Source: Dimorphilus gyrociliatus (lineage: Eukaryota > Animalia > Annelida). From it: DNA of 64,000 bases. The stretch lies in the NCBI GenBank assembly GCA_904063045.1, contig CAJFCJ010000001.1, positions 124,001-188,000 on the forward strand, written 5' to 3'. The notes beneath the pieces were generated by a model. It did no database searches and was not told the DNA's origin. It saw nothing but the letters and a program-made list of their open reading frames with translations. Of the stretch, positions 1-12,390 are shown in pieces (within the stretch, counting starts at the first letter, position 1; every line of letters starts with the position of its first letter). A program made the position numbers and the translations under genes.

Positions 1-29
1 CTTGTTTCCTTTGATTTAGATATTAACCG

Positions 30-760
30 TTAGGGTAGCTCTACTTTCGGTCCATTTGGATCCATATTTAGCAACAGATCGGCTAAATAATTAACAGGAT
101 TGACAGGTTTCACCTTACAAACCTTTGTAGTTGCTTTCAATAAAACAGGGAAAATATTTTTCCTGTTTATAGAGTGATAGCAGAAGAATTAATAAATGTA
201 TTAGTAGGGCTTTCTTATAAAAGTGTTGGTAAACAGTGAATTAACGTTTATCAATATTTAAAAAGTGTTAATTTTTTTTGCCATCACTCTAAGTAATCTT
301 CCGTTTCCAGCTTATTCATCAAAGGTTCTATAATTAAATTACTTGAGAAGAAGAATCTTAATTCTCGATCGGAAGATTCTCTATTAGAACTCGCGTGCAA
401 ACCGTTGCGTAATCTATCCAAACCGTAAATTGCTCTTAAACAATCAGGATTTGTTCGTTTAGCCATAACAACGTCTGCTGGTCCAACCAGCTGTTTCAGG
501 AAATGAACAGCGCTTTTGCGAGCTAAACAATAGATTACGCATGGACCGCATGTAATGGCTTCAATTAAATTAAAAAATAAAGTTTCTTCGATAAATTCCC
601 GGTAAAAATCTGATGCTACTTCCGGTGTTAAATGCACTTTCCTACGATTTATTATATTAAAGCCAAATTTCAGTAAAGCGTTAGAAATTTCTGACTCTTT
701 AGCTACAGCTTCCGGCTTTATAATTAATACAGTTTTTTCTACAAAAATATTATTAAACAT
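30..760 (-). CDS. NME5: Nucleoside diphosphate kinase homolog 5 (NDK domain plus C-terminal Dpy-30 motif), 2 exons
   Basis: Exon 1 (760-288) carries the NDK motifs IKPEAV, LVGP, LRAIYG and RNGLHAS. A GT-AG intron (287-163) joins exon 2 (162-30), which reads KNIFPVLLKATTKVCKVKPVNPVNYLADLLLNMDPNGPKVELP*. This is a Dpy-30 motif like that of NME5. Confidence 0.9.
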
Positions 761-795
761 CGTAGACTTGATGAAGATTTTTTTAAAAGTAGGCT

Positions 796-881
796 TGACG
801 TCATAGTTTCAAAGTGATCATTAAATATTTAAAGAGTAAAAAACTAAAGGTGACTCATTATGTAACATGTTAAATGGTAAC
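796..881. promoter_or_regulatory. Candidate NME5 promoter motifs: CRE, AP-1 and RFX X-box-like element
   Basis: TGACGTCA at 796-803, TGACTCA at 851-857 and GTTAAATGGTAAC at 869-881, all within about 120 bp of the NME5 ATG. NME5 is a ciliary gene and ciliary genes are commonly RFX targets. Motif matches only. Confidence 0.35.
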
Positions 882-928
882 AAAAGCGTCACATCGAAGA
901 GGCTACTCAACGAGTTTTTCTGACTTTT

Positions 929-1593
929 CTCGTGCCACTAATATGCCCTATGGGATGTCTAACCAATCAAATACAATTGTTTTCATCACTAATAATTGAT
1001 CTTCACCGTGGGAAGATATTTTCAAGTGTTTTATAATCCCTCTTTTTGATAGATAAAACTTTGCTCGACAAGTTCAAGAACCCGCTTTTCCTTTCCATTT
1101 ACCTTATTTATATTATTCATAGATATTTTTTGAATACTAAAGCATCCTTGCATAATAATGAAATAATTGAAATATGAAATGTAACATTTGTGTTAATTGC
1201 GGAGATTATTTGAAATTTTCAGTTGTACTCAATTTAACAAACAATTAAAGAAGAGATAAAACGAATAGTAAAAGTACTTCGAAATGAAGAAAAAACAATT
1301 AGTAGCTCTTTGATTAGGTTTTTGTTCAGTTTTTCTTTCTACCAAACGGTTAATCAGTCTGGCTGAATTACAAGGGACGATCAAAGTCCGGCATTGTTTT
1401 TAAAATAGAGGGATATCTCTTCCGAAGTGATAGACCGTCTAAATTATCTACTGAGGTATCCAGCTATCAAAACGCCCTTATCGGCAGGAAGTCGGCGGCT
1501 CAGATTAAAAACAATATAGGGTGAAAAGATTCACACGGCTTGAAAGCTGATTGGTCGAATAGTCTCCTCCCCAAATCAGATTTTGCATATAAA
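929..1593. promoter_or_regulatory. Candidate HES promoter: Su(H)/RBPJ sites, N-box, TATA
   Basis: CGTGGGAA at 1007-1014 (+), CGTGTGAA at 1530-1537 (-), N-box CACGAG at 929-934 (-), TATAAA at 1588-1593. Confidence 0.45.
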
Positions 1594-1647
1594 GCTTGAA
1601 TGCGTTTAATGCGTATGTATTCATTGTCCTTTCACAGTTGATTAACA

Positions 1648-2424
1648 ATGCCAAAGGTGAGATTTAACAAATTAAATATACCATTTTAATTTACCTTTTT
1701 CTTTCTTTGACATTATATTTAGCAGTCATCTAGTAAGCCGCTCATTGAAAAGCGCCGACGAGCAAGAATAACGCAAAGTATGCAACAAATACGCATGATT
1801 GTTGATACTGCAACAATTCAGCAGAATATGCCTTACAAGTTGGAGAGAGCTGAAGTCTTAGAATTAGCTGTTGATCATATGAAGAAACTTCCAGCAAAGA
1901 GTAAAGGTAGTTCATTGGAGTTACGATATTTTTTAACAGCTAAAATTTTTAATTTATTAGAAAAGCCAACAAATAGGGAAACCTTTACATCAGGATATGT
2001 CGATTGTTTAAATGAAACATTAAAAATACTCGCGGACGAGCGTTTCGCTGAGGTTAGAGGAAAGTTGAGCGTCTATGTAGCCGATGCCTTAGAAAGACGA
2101 TTATCAAGAAGTTCGAAAGCGGATCTTAGCGACCTCCAACCTTCTCCAGTTGACCCTCATCGAGTAATTTCTACTACCACGAAAATATGTACTCCACAAT
2201 TGAATATAGTTCCCATTGTCTCATTGCCCACACCATTTATGCCTTATACGCTCCCTTACAATGTTTCTCAGTCTATGAAGAGAAGTGTGCCGGAAGAAAA
2301 GGAAGATCTGCCAAATAAAAGAGCCTGTAGAGATATCACAAACAAACCTATAGAAAGTCTCGAACCGAAGAAATCAAGAAAATTATTACAATTTCACCAC
2401 CAGCTGCCTTCATTAATTAATTAA
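1648..2424 (+). CDS. Hairy/E(spl) (HES)-type bHLH-Orange transcription factor with no WRPW tail, 3 exons
   Basis: Exon 1 is ATG CCA AAG (1648-1656). Exon 2 starts at about 1723 or 1726 (tandem NAGNAG acceptor) and reads SKPLIEKRRRARI...KLERAEVLELAVDHMK, with the HES-type Pro in the basic region. A 54-nt intron spans 1907-1960. Exon 3 has the Orange domain (FTSGYVDCLNETLKIL) and a Pro/Ser-rich tail. AATAAA lies at about 2521. Confidence 0.87.
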
Positions 2425-4167
2425 ATTATTAACTCATGTGTATATATTTTACATTGTATTTACATATAAATATTTATATAATTAATTCTTATGTGACTTA
2501 TAGATTTTTCTATTTATATAAATAAAAGAAAGCAAGCATATTCTAGTTTTATTAAAATTGTATTACTGCAAAAATAGAAAAGAAATAAAAAATAACGGAT
2601 TTTAAAGTGAACTTCAATTGTCTCAGTTGTTCTTTTTATTAATTAAATAATATTGCGTAATCTGTTAAAATTTTTACAAAAAAGAAAACAAACAAGCTTC
2701 AATTTTTAAATAATAGACGTTACCTTGAAGAGAAAGATGTCACTAGTTGAATGTTAATGACGTACTCGATAAATAAAAAGTCGATACGACTGTACAATAT
2801 GTCGTTAATAAACAAAATTGGATTACACCTTAGCTCGATAAAATTTTACGTCATTATATTGAATTAGGATATATTTAAATTTCTTTCCATTTAATCAAAG
2901 GACTCAATTGTTAGACTTGAACGTCTCTTATCTATTGGCTTAAACTGAAAACATGTAAGAACTTTACCGCTGAAAGGATAAGACATAACAGAATTTTTAA
3001 GTCAGAGGAAGGTTAATGGAATTAGAACAAATTTATCGCGTAGTATTATCGATTTCAAACGGTAGAGATGGAAATCTTAATAGTGTTCTACTAAACAGCT
3101 ACTATTGTTTACTAGTGTTTTTGATAAATATACAATACATTCACTCCGATTAGATCTTACTTTTTACTATAATACTTTATTCTCTATTTCATTAAGTACT
3201 CGAGGTATTATGTTTTTATCTAGTTGAAACAATCTAAAGGATTTGGTTTAAGACAAATGAATCAAAAGTTTCTTATATCTCTACAAGATACTATTAATAG
3301 TCAAACTGTCCTTTATCTATCGATAAATCAGTTCATTAGCTAAATTAACGGTTCTCTAACAAAAGTACAATCGAATCTTTCACTAGCTTCTTTCATCTAA
3401 AAAAGTTTAATATATAAAAATACTTCATTAACCTCTAATAGAAATTCGTATCAGATTGAAGAATCTGCGAAATTTTACGGTAATTGACAAGATAAGTAAT
3501 TTTTTTATTTCTTATCGAATCATCGCAAAGTATTGTATAGGGGAAAGACAGGAATCTTTTTTCATCCTTTCTTTCTTTTTTTCTCCTTCTCTCAACGCCA
3601 CCTTCAATACACTTTGCATCTTACATTTGTAAATGTTGCATAATCTTTTTTAGTTAATAAAGAAAAGACCTAAATTAGGTCCAGCGAACGAATAAAGTTA
3701 TCCAAAAACCGGGTAAAATCGAAATTGTAGCCAAAGTTTGATTGGTAGGATGGAAACATCATCGTTTTATTTAAACAAAAATAAATACATTTCATGTTTT
3801 TTTTTTATTATGTCTCTTATTTAAATAAAAGTCTGAGGTAAAAAAAAAAGAAACTTCTCTCGGAGGAGAAAGAAATTAGTTCCTTTTAAAGTTTTCCTTT
3901 GTTGTAAATTTGTCTTTTCAACTTTAATTTCTATTTAAAAAAAGGATAATTATTCAAATAGTTTCTTCGAAATATAAAGGTATTTGTTTAATATCATATG
4001 GAAGAATATAAATTAAAAGAAGAGGAAAGAAAACAATATTTTCTCTTCTTTTTCATATTTTTTCTTAAGTACAATGTACTCTAAATTTAACACAGAAAGG
4101 TACTTTTCTGTCTCTCGTCGATTCTAAATTCCGTTTACTTAAGTAAGTATAATTGCATTGGAGAAGG

Positions 4168-5838
4168 ATGGGTCTACTGAGTAAAAAGGGTACTAATGTA
4201 GAATCGGGAGATGGAAGAGAAAAATCTTATCAATGGCCTAGTGAGTTAATTTTCCTTTATAAAACTATAATAGAGTTTTATACGAGTTTGTTTCTTGTTA
4301 ATTTCTTTGCTATTGGAGTTATTATTGCATAAAGAAAGATAAAATAAAACCATTTTATGCACCTAGAATAACTACAAAAAAAAAAACAATAAAAATTCGG
4401 TTACCTGATTTCATTTATGTAAAGCATTAAAAGCTGTACGAGTCTCTTATTTCTTTTTTTGTCTATATCGTATTTTATTTAAACATGTAGCTTTTGAGGA
4501 GCTAAATAAAAGAAAAGCAGAGTTTACAAAACGTTTAAAAGAGCCTTCTCAGGTGAGAACCTTTATTACGAATAATGCGTTACAAAGTTTATAGATATAT
4601 ATATATATATAAGAATGTATATGATCTGGAACATTTTTCAATTGTAGAATACGGCTCAATTTGAAGACTTTATCAAGTATAGGACACTTGGGACCGGTTC
4701 TTTTGGCAGAGTGATGCTTGTTAGGCATAATAAAACAAATGAATTTTATGCTTTAAAGATATTAGAGAAATCAAAAATTGTTAGAACAAAACAAATTGAA
4801 CATACTATTAACGAAAAGAACATTCTAAATGCCTGTAAACATCCTTTTATCGTAGATTTGGCATTTTCTTTCAAAGTAATTTTAATAGCTTAATTAAAAT
4901 AACTATTAATATGATTTCTTTATATGCCTATCTTGAAAGGATAACGTGTATTTATATATGGTATTAGAATTTATTGATGGTGGAGAAATGTTCTCTCATT
5001 TAAGGAAGATGGGAAAATTCTCTGAAAATTTATCAAGATTTTATGCTGGCCAAATGATACTGGTATTTGAGTATCTTCAGCATACAATACATACCACAGA
5101 TAATGAAGAGGATTTAGAATATCCCATAATTATTCATCGAGATATTAAACCGGAAAATATCCTTATTGATTCTAAAGGATATTTAAAGGTTATTAATTCC
5201 TAGAATAAGATTAAAACGCATTGAAGTATATATAAATTTATATACTGTATTCTATATATCTTTATTAATTAATTGTAAAGTTTATACAGTAGAGTAGAAC
5301 ATTCTTTTCTATTTCTCTTTCTTTGTAGTTAACGGATTTTGGATTTGCTAAGGAGGTAAAGAATCGGACATGGACACTTTGCGGAACACCCGAGTACCTT
5401 GCTCCTGAAATAATACTCAATAAAGGTTATAATCAGTCGGTTGATTGGTGGGCGTTGGGAGTTCTCATATATGAAATGTCAGCTGGCCAACCACCTTTCG
5501 TTGCAGATCAACCAATTCAAATATATGAAAAAATTGTTGCGGGTAAAATAAAGTGGCCAAACGATTTTTCATCAGACTTGAAGGATCTGCTTCGAAATTT
5601 ATTGCAAATTGATCCTACAAAAAGGTTTGGTACTCTAAAAAATGGAGTCACGGATGTAAAAGCGCACAAATGGTTTAGTCAATTTGAATGGAAGAAAGTT
5701 TATGATAAAAAGATAGTTCCAGAATTTAAACCTAAATCGAAAGGTAAAGGTGATGCCAGCAATTTTGATGCTTATACAGAAGAACTACTAAAAGTAGCAG
5801 AGTTTGATAGGTATTTGAATGAATTTTTGGACTTTTAG
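4168..5838 (+). CDS. PKA-C: cAMP-dependent protein kinase catalytic subunit (divergent PKA-C), 5 exons
   Basis: Exons 4168-4240, 4491-4552, 4648-4875, 4940-5188 and 5329-5838 splice in frame. Motifs present: MG N-terminus, [38 protein letters not shown] and a C-terminal FxxF (EFLDF). Confidence 0.95.
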
Positions 5839-7189
5839 ATGAAACTAGAGCGATTGTTTTTTGATTGACATTTACCTTGTGAATGAGAAAAAGAAATTGT
5901 CGCCAATGAAACGAAATGATGTATAAAATTTATAGTAGCTTCTTTACTTATTAAATACTATCTTTTATCTGGTCTAAAAATAAGAGTTAACACTATAAAA
6001 AGGCATATATTAACCTTGACCTCAAAATGTTTTCTTCGACCAAAACAAGTACCAATAGTATATATAAATTTATATACTATATATATATATATACTATTTG
6101 TGTGCTTTATTCGTCTCTCTCTCTCTCTCTCTCTCTTTTAATTGCATCACTCATCATCCTTTAATTTTGGTTTCTTTTAAAATCAAAATTGTCTCGGTTG
6201 AAAATTTTCTTTCTTTTTTATTATTTCAAAATACTTTAATTATAATTGATTTTGTTTTATTACATCGTTCATAACAGTGTAAGTATTCTTTACATAACGC
6301 CCTCTACCGCCTTATAGTTTAAAGACCATAATACGAAATAGAAATTCTTTTTTTCCTCTTGTTTTTATTATTATTTAGGTTGTTAGTTAAATTAATAGTG
6401 ATTTTAGACAAAAAAAATCACCTAGGTACTAATTAGCACAATCTAAATTAATACCGCTACAAAAAAGAACTTTTCTCTTTTACTTGGAAAAAAAGCATAG
6501 GCTGATAGTTGAAAGAAAAGATTTCTAATTGGATGAAAAGAGAAGTGCACCTATATTTTAATATGTTAACTTGTAAGAAAGATATATTTATATAGGTTCT
6601 GTACAGATAGTACACTTATACCGTTGCTAATAAACATTCTTTAATTCTATTCAAATATATTATTATTTTCGTGGTATAGCTGTACATGAATGAAATCTCA
6701 GTTATACGTTGCGTATTATTCTTACGCATATTTACAATGTAAACAGACCAATTTGGTCGAAAATGGGACTTTTTTTTGCTGCTTACAATTTAAAATCTGA
6801 AGGATATTGATAGCTTTAAAAAGTACAGTATGTTTGTACTAAATACAACATGCGGCATCTTTGATTTATTTTAGGAATTATTCTGTATTCTTTCCATCTG
6901 TTCATTAAGCCTAAAAAACTTTTTTTTTATCTTTCCCTCTTCTTTTTTTAATAGATACTGTATATTATTTGTAAATATATATATATATACTGTATATTCA
7001 TATATTTTTAAGGCCTATAGGCAGTATGATTCTTTAATTAACTCGAAATATTTACTATTAATCCGTTTATATTAAACATAGTGATGAAGGCCCATAAACC
7101 TATAATTGATTAGTTTTGTGAATTTTCACAAGGGGGTGGATTAATGGTGATCAATAACTGGTAGTTAAGTTTATATAACATAAGAGAGA

Positions 7190-7665
7190 ATGTTTGCGCT
7201 TTTTTCGTTGCTTTTTCTTGTTTCTCAGCTATTTTACACAGTTTCTTCTATTAGATGTTACAAATGTTCGGCTGGTGATATAGCTTGTAACGATAAATTT
7301 GATTCTACTGGAATAGTTATTTGTAATAATCACGAATACTGCTTTAAAACAAAGAGCTTAACAAACGGTATAAAATGACTTTTAGAATATACTGTATATG
7401 TAGAAGATTAGTGTGGATATTTTTAAAATTCTTACAACACGATAATATATTCTAATTAATTACAGATTTACAGCAGGTGGCTAGAGGCTGTACGTCTGAT
7501 ATACTTCATCGAGATTGTAAAGGAATCAATCCGGCTAGTAATGCCGAAGTAACGCAATGTTTTTGTGATACAGATCTATGTAATTCTTCCAGTAATATTT
7601 CTATTAAATTGTTTTTTTTGTTATGTTTGCCAATGTTAGTTATTTTTTTAAATTTTCAACAATAA
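7190..7665 (+). CDS. Ly6/uPAR three-finger protein (quiver/sleepless-like), probably GPI-anchored, 2 exons
   Basis: Exons 7190-7367 and 7466-7665 join in phase 1. Signal peptide, 10 Cys starting at IRCYKC and ending at CFCDTDLCN, then SSS and a hydrophobic C-terminal tail. Confidence 0.85.
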
Positions 7666-7929
7666 ATTAATAAGTATAAACTGGTTATTAACCCAACACG
7701 TCAAGGTTTATATTTTTTAATAAATAGCATATAATTGCTCTATTCTCTGACAACTCTCGGCCACATTTCAAACAAAAATCGTTATTAAATTGAGAAAAAA
7801 ATTGACTTTATGGCCGAAGCCTTCCATTTCAATGGAAACAACAAAGCGTAATTCTTGATTATATCGTAAAGCACACCTTTGTTATTTTTTCTCTTTTCCT
7901 TCTACTATATTATTTTTTAATTTTAAAAT

Positions 7930-7955
7930 CTCTCTCCCTCTCTCTCATCTCTCTC

Positions 7956-8000
<45 letters not shown>

Positions 8001-8015
8001 TCTCTCATCTCTCTC

Positions 8016-8071
<56 letters not shown>
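7930..8071. repeat. Compound (CT)n microsatellite with an exact 60-bp internal duplication
   Basis: The interruptions (CCC, CAT, CAT) recur at a 60-nt period in 7931-7980 and 7991-8040. Confidence 0.9.
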
Positions 8072-8075
<4 letters not shown>

Positions 8076-11000
8076 ATCAATCTATCTTTTATTCATCATG
8101 CGTTAGAATGAAAGATATGCTTGTCACTTTAAAACATAAAATCAGTATTTATCTATTAAATAGGCTTAAACATGGCAAATAATAGTTTTGTTTGAAAACT
8201 TTTGAAGAGAATAGCCCTTTTCAAATCGATAAAAATAAGGCGAATATCATTTTTCTTTCCTATTCAAAAGTTTTTGTTAAGTTTAATGACTGTTTAAAAA
8301 AAGCTACATTTGATAAATTATTATTATATAACATAAAATGTTGACCAAAGTTATACTCGTAATCAATAGCATGTAATATATATAAAAAAACGAATATAGA
8401 GAAGTCCATTTGAAAAAAAAACCTGAAATTTTATTATTCATTCATTCATTCATGTAATTCATTCATTTATTTAAAATGCGTATGTCTTTCAAATATATAT
8501 ATATATATATATAGAATGCATATGTGTGTATGTGTGTAGTATATATCATAAGGATGTTAATAATCAATGGTCACCGCATACATTCTGTTTAGATAAAATT
8601 AATGCAAGTGATGCTTGTTATTCATAGGAACATTTTCCCTTTCCTTGTATAATCTGTAAACGAAGGATGTTCATACTCTTACCCCCATTACCGATCCTCT
8701 TTCACCCTACCTGTCAACTGGCCTATTCACCCCTCATAGACTTTACTTTTCAATATTTCTTTTTTCGCAATTTTACTACTCTTTTTAAAGGGTTCAATTG
8801 ACTAAGCATTCAAAAGTGTACTTTTTTCTTCTCTAAAGATTATTCAATAGCCTATTCCTTATGGTGGCATAGATGGCCATAATTTTGTAAAATATTAACA
8901 TTACCCTTTGTAAATTATTTCAGCTTTGCCCATTTTGAATACACGAAATATGACAATAGGGGATCGTCAGTAAAAAATGTTCTTTTGATCTTCATCTCTT
9001 TACCACCCCCTTATTACTCAAATTCTCCCTCCCTTTTATTATTATTCTTTACTTAGCAATGGATTACAATAACAACGAAATGTTCATAAATTTCCCTAAT
9101 ATTCTTTAACCACACCTCTTTTTCTCTTTATAAAATATAAGGTGGAATTTCAATAGAAATACAATAACATTTAATATATGCTATTACTTGAATATGCTCT
9201 TTTGAGATTGTAATAAAGTATTAATTAATAAATTCAGAGAGTAGTAATTTCTTAAATTCTCACATTTCTACTACTAACAATATATCTTTCAGCAAACTTC
9301 TCATATTTCCGTAAAGTGTGGTATCCTTCAGAAATTTAGCATCAGTGTTGTGAAATTTTTAAAGTGCACAATTGTGAACCTCGACACATAGAGACCTCTA
9401 TAATTATGAAAATCTATATAGCGCAAACTTGTAATTTGTTTAGGAAATATACTCAATTTTTGTCCTCAATTCTTTATTGATCTTTATCTGAATAGCATCG
9501 AAGAAGATTAAGATGATTTGATCAATTGCAAACGATATTTTTAAATAGAATCGTCTAATGTATCTCTAATAATAGACTAGAGGATTGATAATTTAGTTAT
9601 GTTCCTATATTATATGCAAATCATAGTATATGGTGTGTAAAATCTATAACAGTAACCATTAAAACTATGAAATATTTCTAAATCTATAAATACTGTTTTC
9701 TTTTTCTATCGAATATGACATTTATAAGTAAATAAATATTTATTTCTCAGAGATTTACATGGTTTAGTATAGATCTTTTATAGTTTCTTTTTAACAAAGC
9801 AATGTAACCCTATATTGGAGAGATATAGCTCTTGTATCTTTCTATCTATCTCTCTCTCTTTATACATATATTCTTCCTTATTTTTCATAATTTTGTTCAT
9901 ATTCTTGCAATAATAAATTAATTTCTACACTGAAAAGAGATATATAGTCCTTAAAACCTATATAAAATCATCTATTTGTATACATATAAGCTACATGCTA
10001 TATCTCAGACATAGCGAAAAGATTTCTATTGTAAGGAGGAAAAAAGAAACTGAGAACAACAGTTGAATTATCTCTTTCTTAGCAATTTTGTTTATTTAGA
10101 ATACAAAAGGAAGAAAATGAAAGAAATTGCCTTTATAAATAAGCTATTCTATGGCGAATAATTTAATTTTATCCATAAAAATGAAGTCAAGTAATATAAT
10201 AGACATGTGATTCCTCATTGAAAGTATGCTAAGTTATGCACAAGAAGAATATAACACCTTATAAAATTTATTCTTAATAGACCTCCTCCACAAACTCTGA
10301 TACAGTTGTCTCTGTAAGATCGTGATAGGACTATAAACCATCTTAGTACAAAGATAAAACTTTACCGTTTTCAAGTCCTATAAAGTAGGCAGTATAAAGT
10401 TTTAAGGCAGAGTATGTGCCTATTTGCGTATAAAAAAATGTATGATAAATCTATACATTGTGCACTACATTCATTTCAAAATTTACATACAACGGATGTA
10501 TAAATATAAAAGTATGGAAGTTGTATAATTTCTGTATATGTATATAATATCTGCGTTGTATATATATAACGGTATTTATTGTGTATATATAGTATATGTA
10601 TATGTAGTATATATTTATATATTTAAATACAGACTTAAGGACTGTTGGGACTATTTTTGTTAGAGGGTCGTAGTTTCCTGCTCTTTGGAAATCCGGGTTT
10701 AGTGCTCTTATTATGAATAAATAGAGAGCATTTACTTGTGTTATTGCGTCGTTTGTCGATTTGTTTTTTTGATTTATAATAGAGTTGAGGAGATAATAAT
10801 TGGGAAAGAGTGACAGTATATAATACCCTATTTAATACCCTTAATTGGATATTCTATAATATTCATATCAGTTTTCCTATATCTAATTAGATGATAATTA
10901 TAACATGTAAATACCTTTTCCCAGGAAGATATTCTCTCGATGATCTATATGACGTAAAGGGGCAAAATCTCTTATAAAATCGTAAATGCTGATAAATAAT

Positions 11001-12350
11001 ATCATATAACGCAAAGATGAGGGAAAATCGATTAATATAAACTAATTATAAATAGATGAACGTTTAAGTATATTGAATTTATTTATGATAAGGAAACACT
11101 AATCTTTAGATTAACCAGCTGTTAACCTTCAATTTAAAATATAAAAAGATTGCTTTATTTGCGCCCCATAGCAAATTTCTAAATGAAAAAGTCGATTAAA
11201 TAGATTCTTGCACTTGTTTCTTGGAATATGTTAGATGGATAGCTTCAGCCCTTTTAGCATAAAATTCAAATTGAACAACACAATTCAAAAGATAACTATT
11301 AGAAAGTTTATGATGAATTGACCACGTTTGACCATAAAAAACTAAAAAAGTAAATAATTCCTAGATCAGCAAAAATTAATTGTCAAATACACGAATATCA
11401 GTTTTAGAAAAAATATACGAAGATTATTCAACATATGCTAATCGTTTAATGGATATTTTACAAGATCTTCAATCCAACGTCTTTTATCTAATTACTTATA
11501 CATACAGAATCTGTACAAAATTGGATATTTATATACAGAAAGTTGTCATATATTCAAGGTTACCTATCAAGATGTCAACTTTTAGGTTAAAATAGACTAA
11601 TAAATGGTTAATAATGCTAGAGAGAAAAAATAAGGGAAACGTTTGACTTTTATGGTATTATCGGTGATTTAAATGGTATATTAAGAGAAAATTAAAAAAA
11701 AAATTTGCTTAAGGAGGCATAAAAGAGGAAAAGAAAAGAGATTAGTATGAATAAAAGAGAAGAAGCTAATAAATACACGAATGCTTTTTCTCCCTATCCT
11801 ATATATATGTATATAATATATATATATATACTTATATTTACAGTATGTAGCAGTTTTGTATACATATATATTTTATATAAATACATGTATAAACAAATAC
11901 ATTACTGCTTTTAGTATATATTTTGTGTGTTTTCTCTTTTTTGGTGGAAACAAGAATATGGTACACCAAGGAAAAATTGAAGAAAGATTTGATAGAATTG
12001 AAAACAATTTTAAAGCTTCTAAGCTAATTGGAATATATAAAAAGGGAAAATTAGATTTTAGCACATAGTTCTTTATTCTTTCTGCTTTGGCTATTGAATC
12101 TCTTGTCAACATAATACTTTAGGTAAATTTCCTCCTTGATACCAGATATTGTATTATGGTGACTACGCCATGATGATGACGTATCCAATAGCAATTATGT
12201 AAACTTTACTTTTTTTTTCCTATCAATACGCTGTGTGTATGTATTGATGTATGAAACATGCCATAATATATATTAATAAATAAATTGTATCCATATATCA
12301 TGTAAAAACGAATTTATAGAATGTGTACAGACATATTAATACAAATACAG

Positions 12351-12390
<40 letters not shown>

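Noticed and set aside
5071-5117. PKA insert interpreted as a retained intron
   Set aside because: The available GT..AG spans are 29 and 47 nt and both would shift the frame before HRD.
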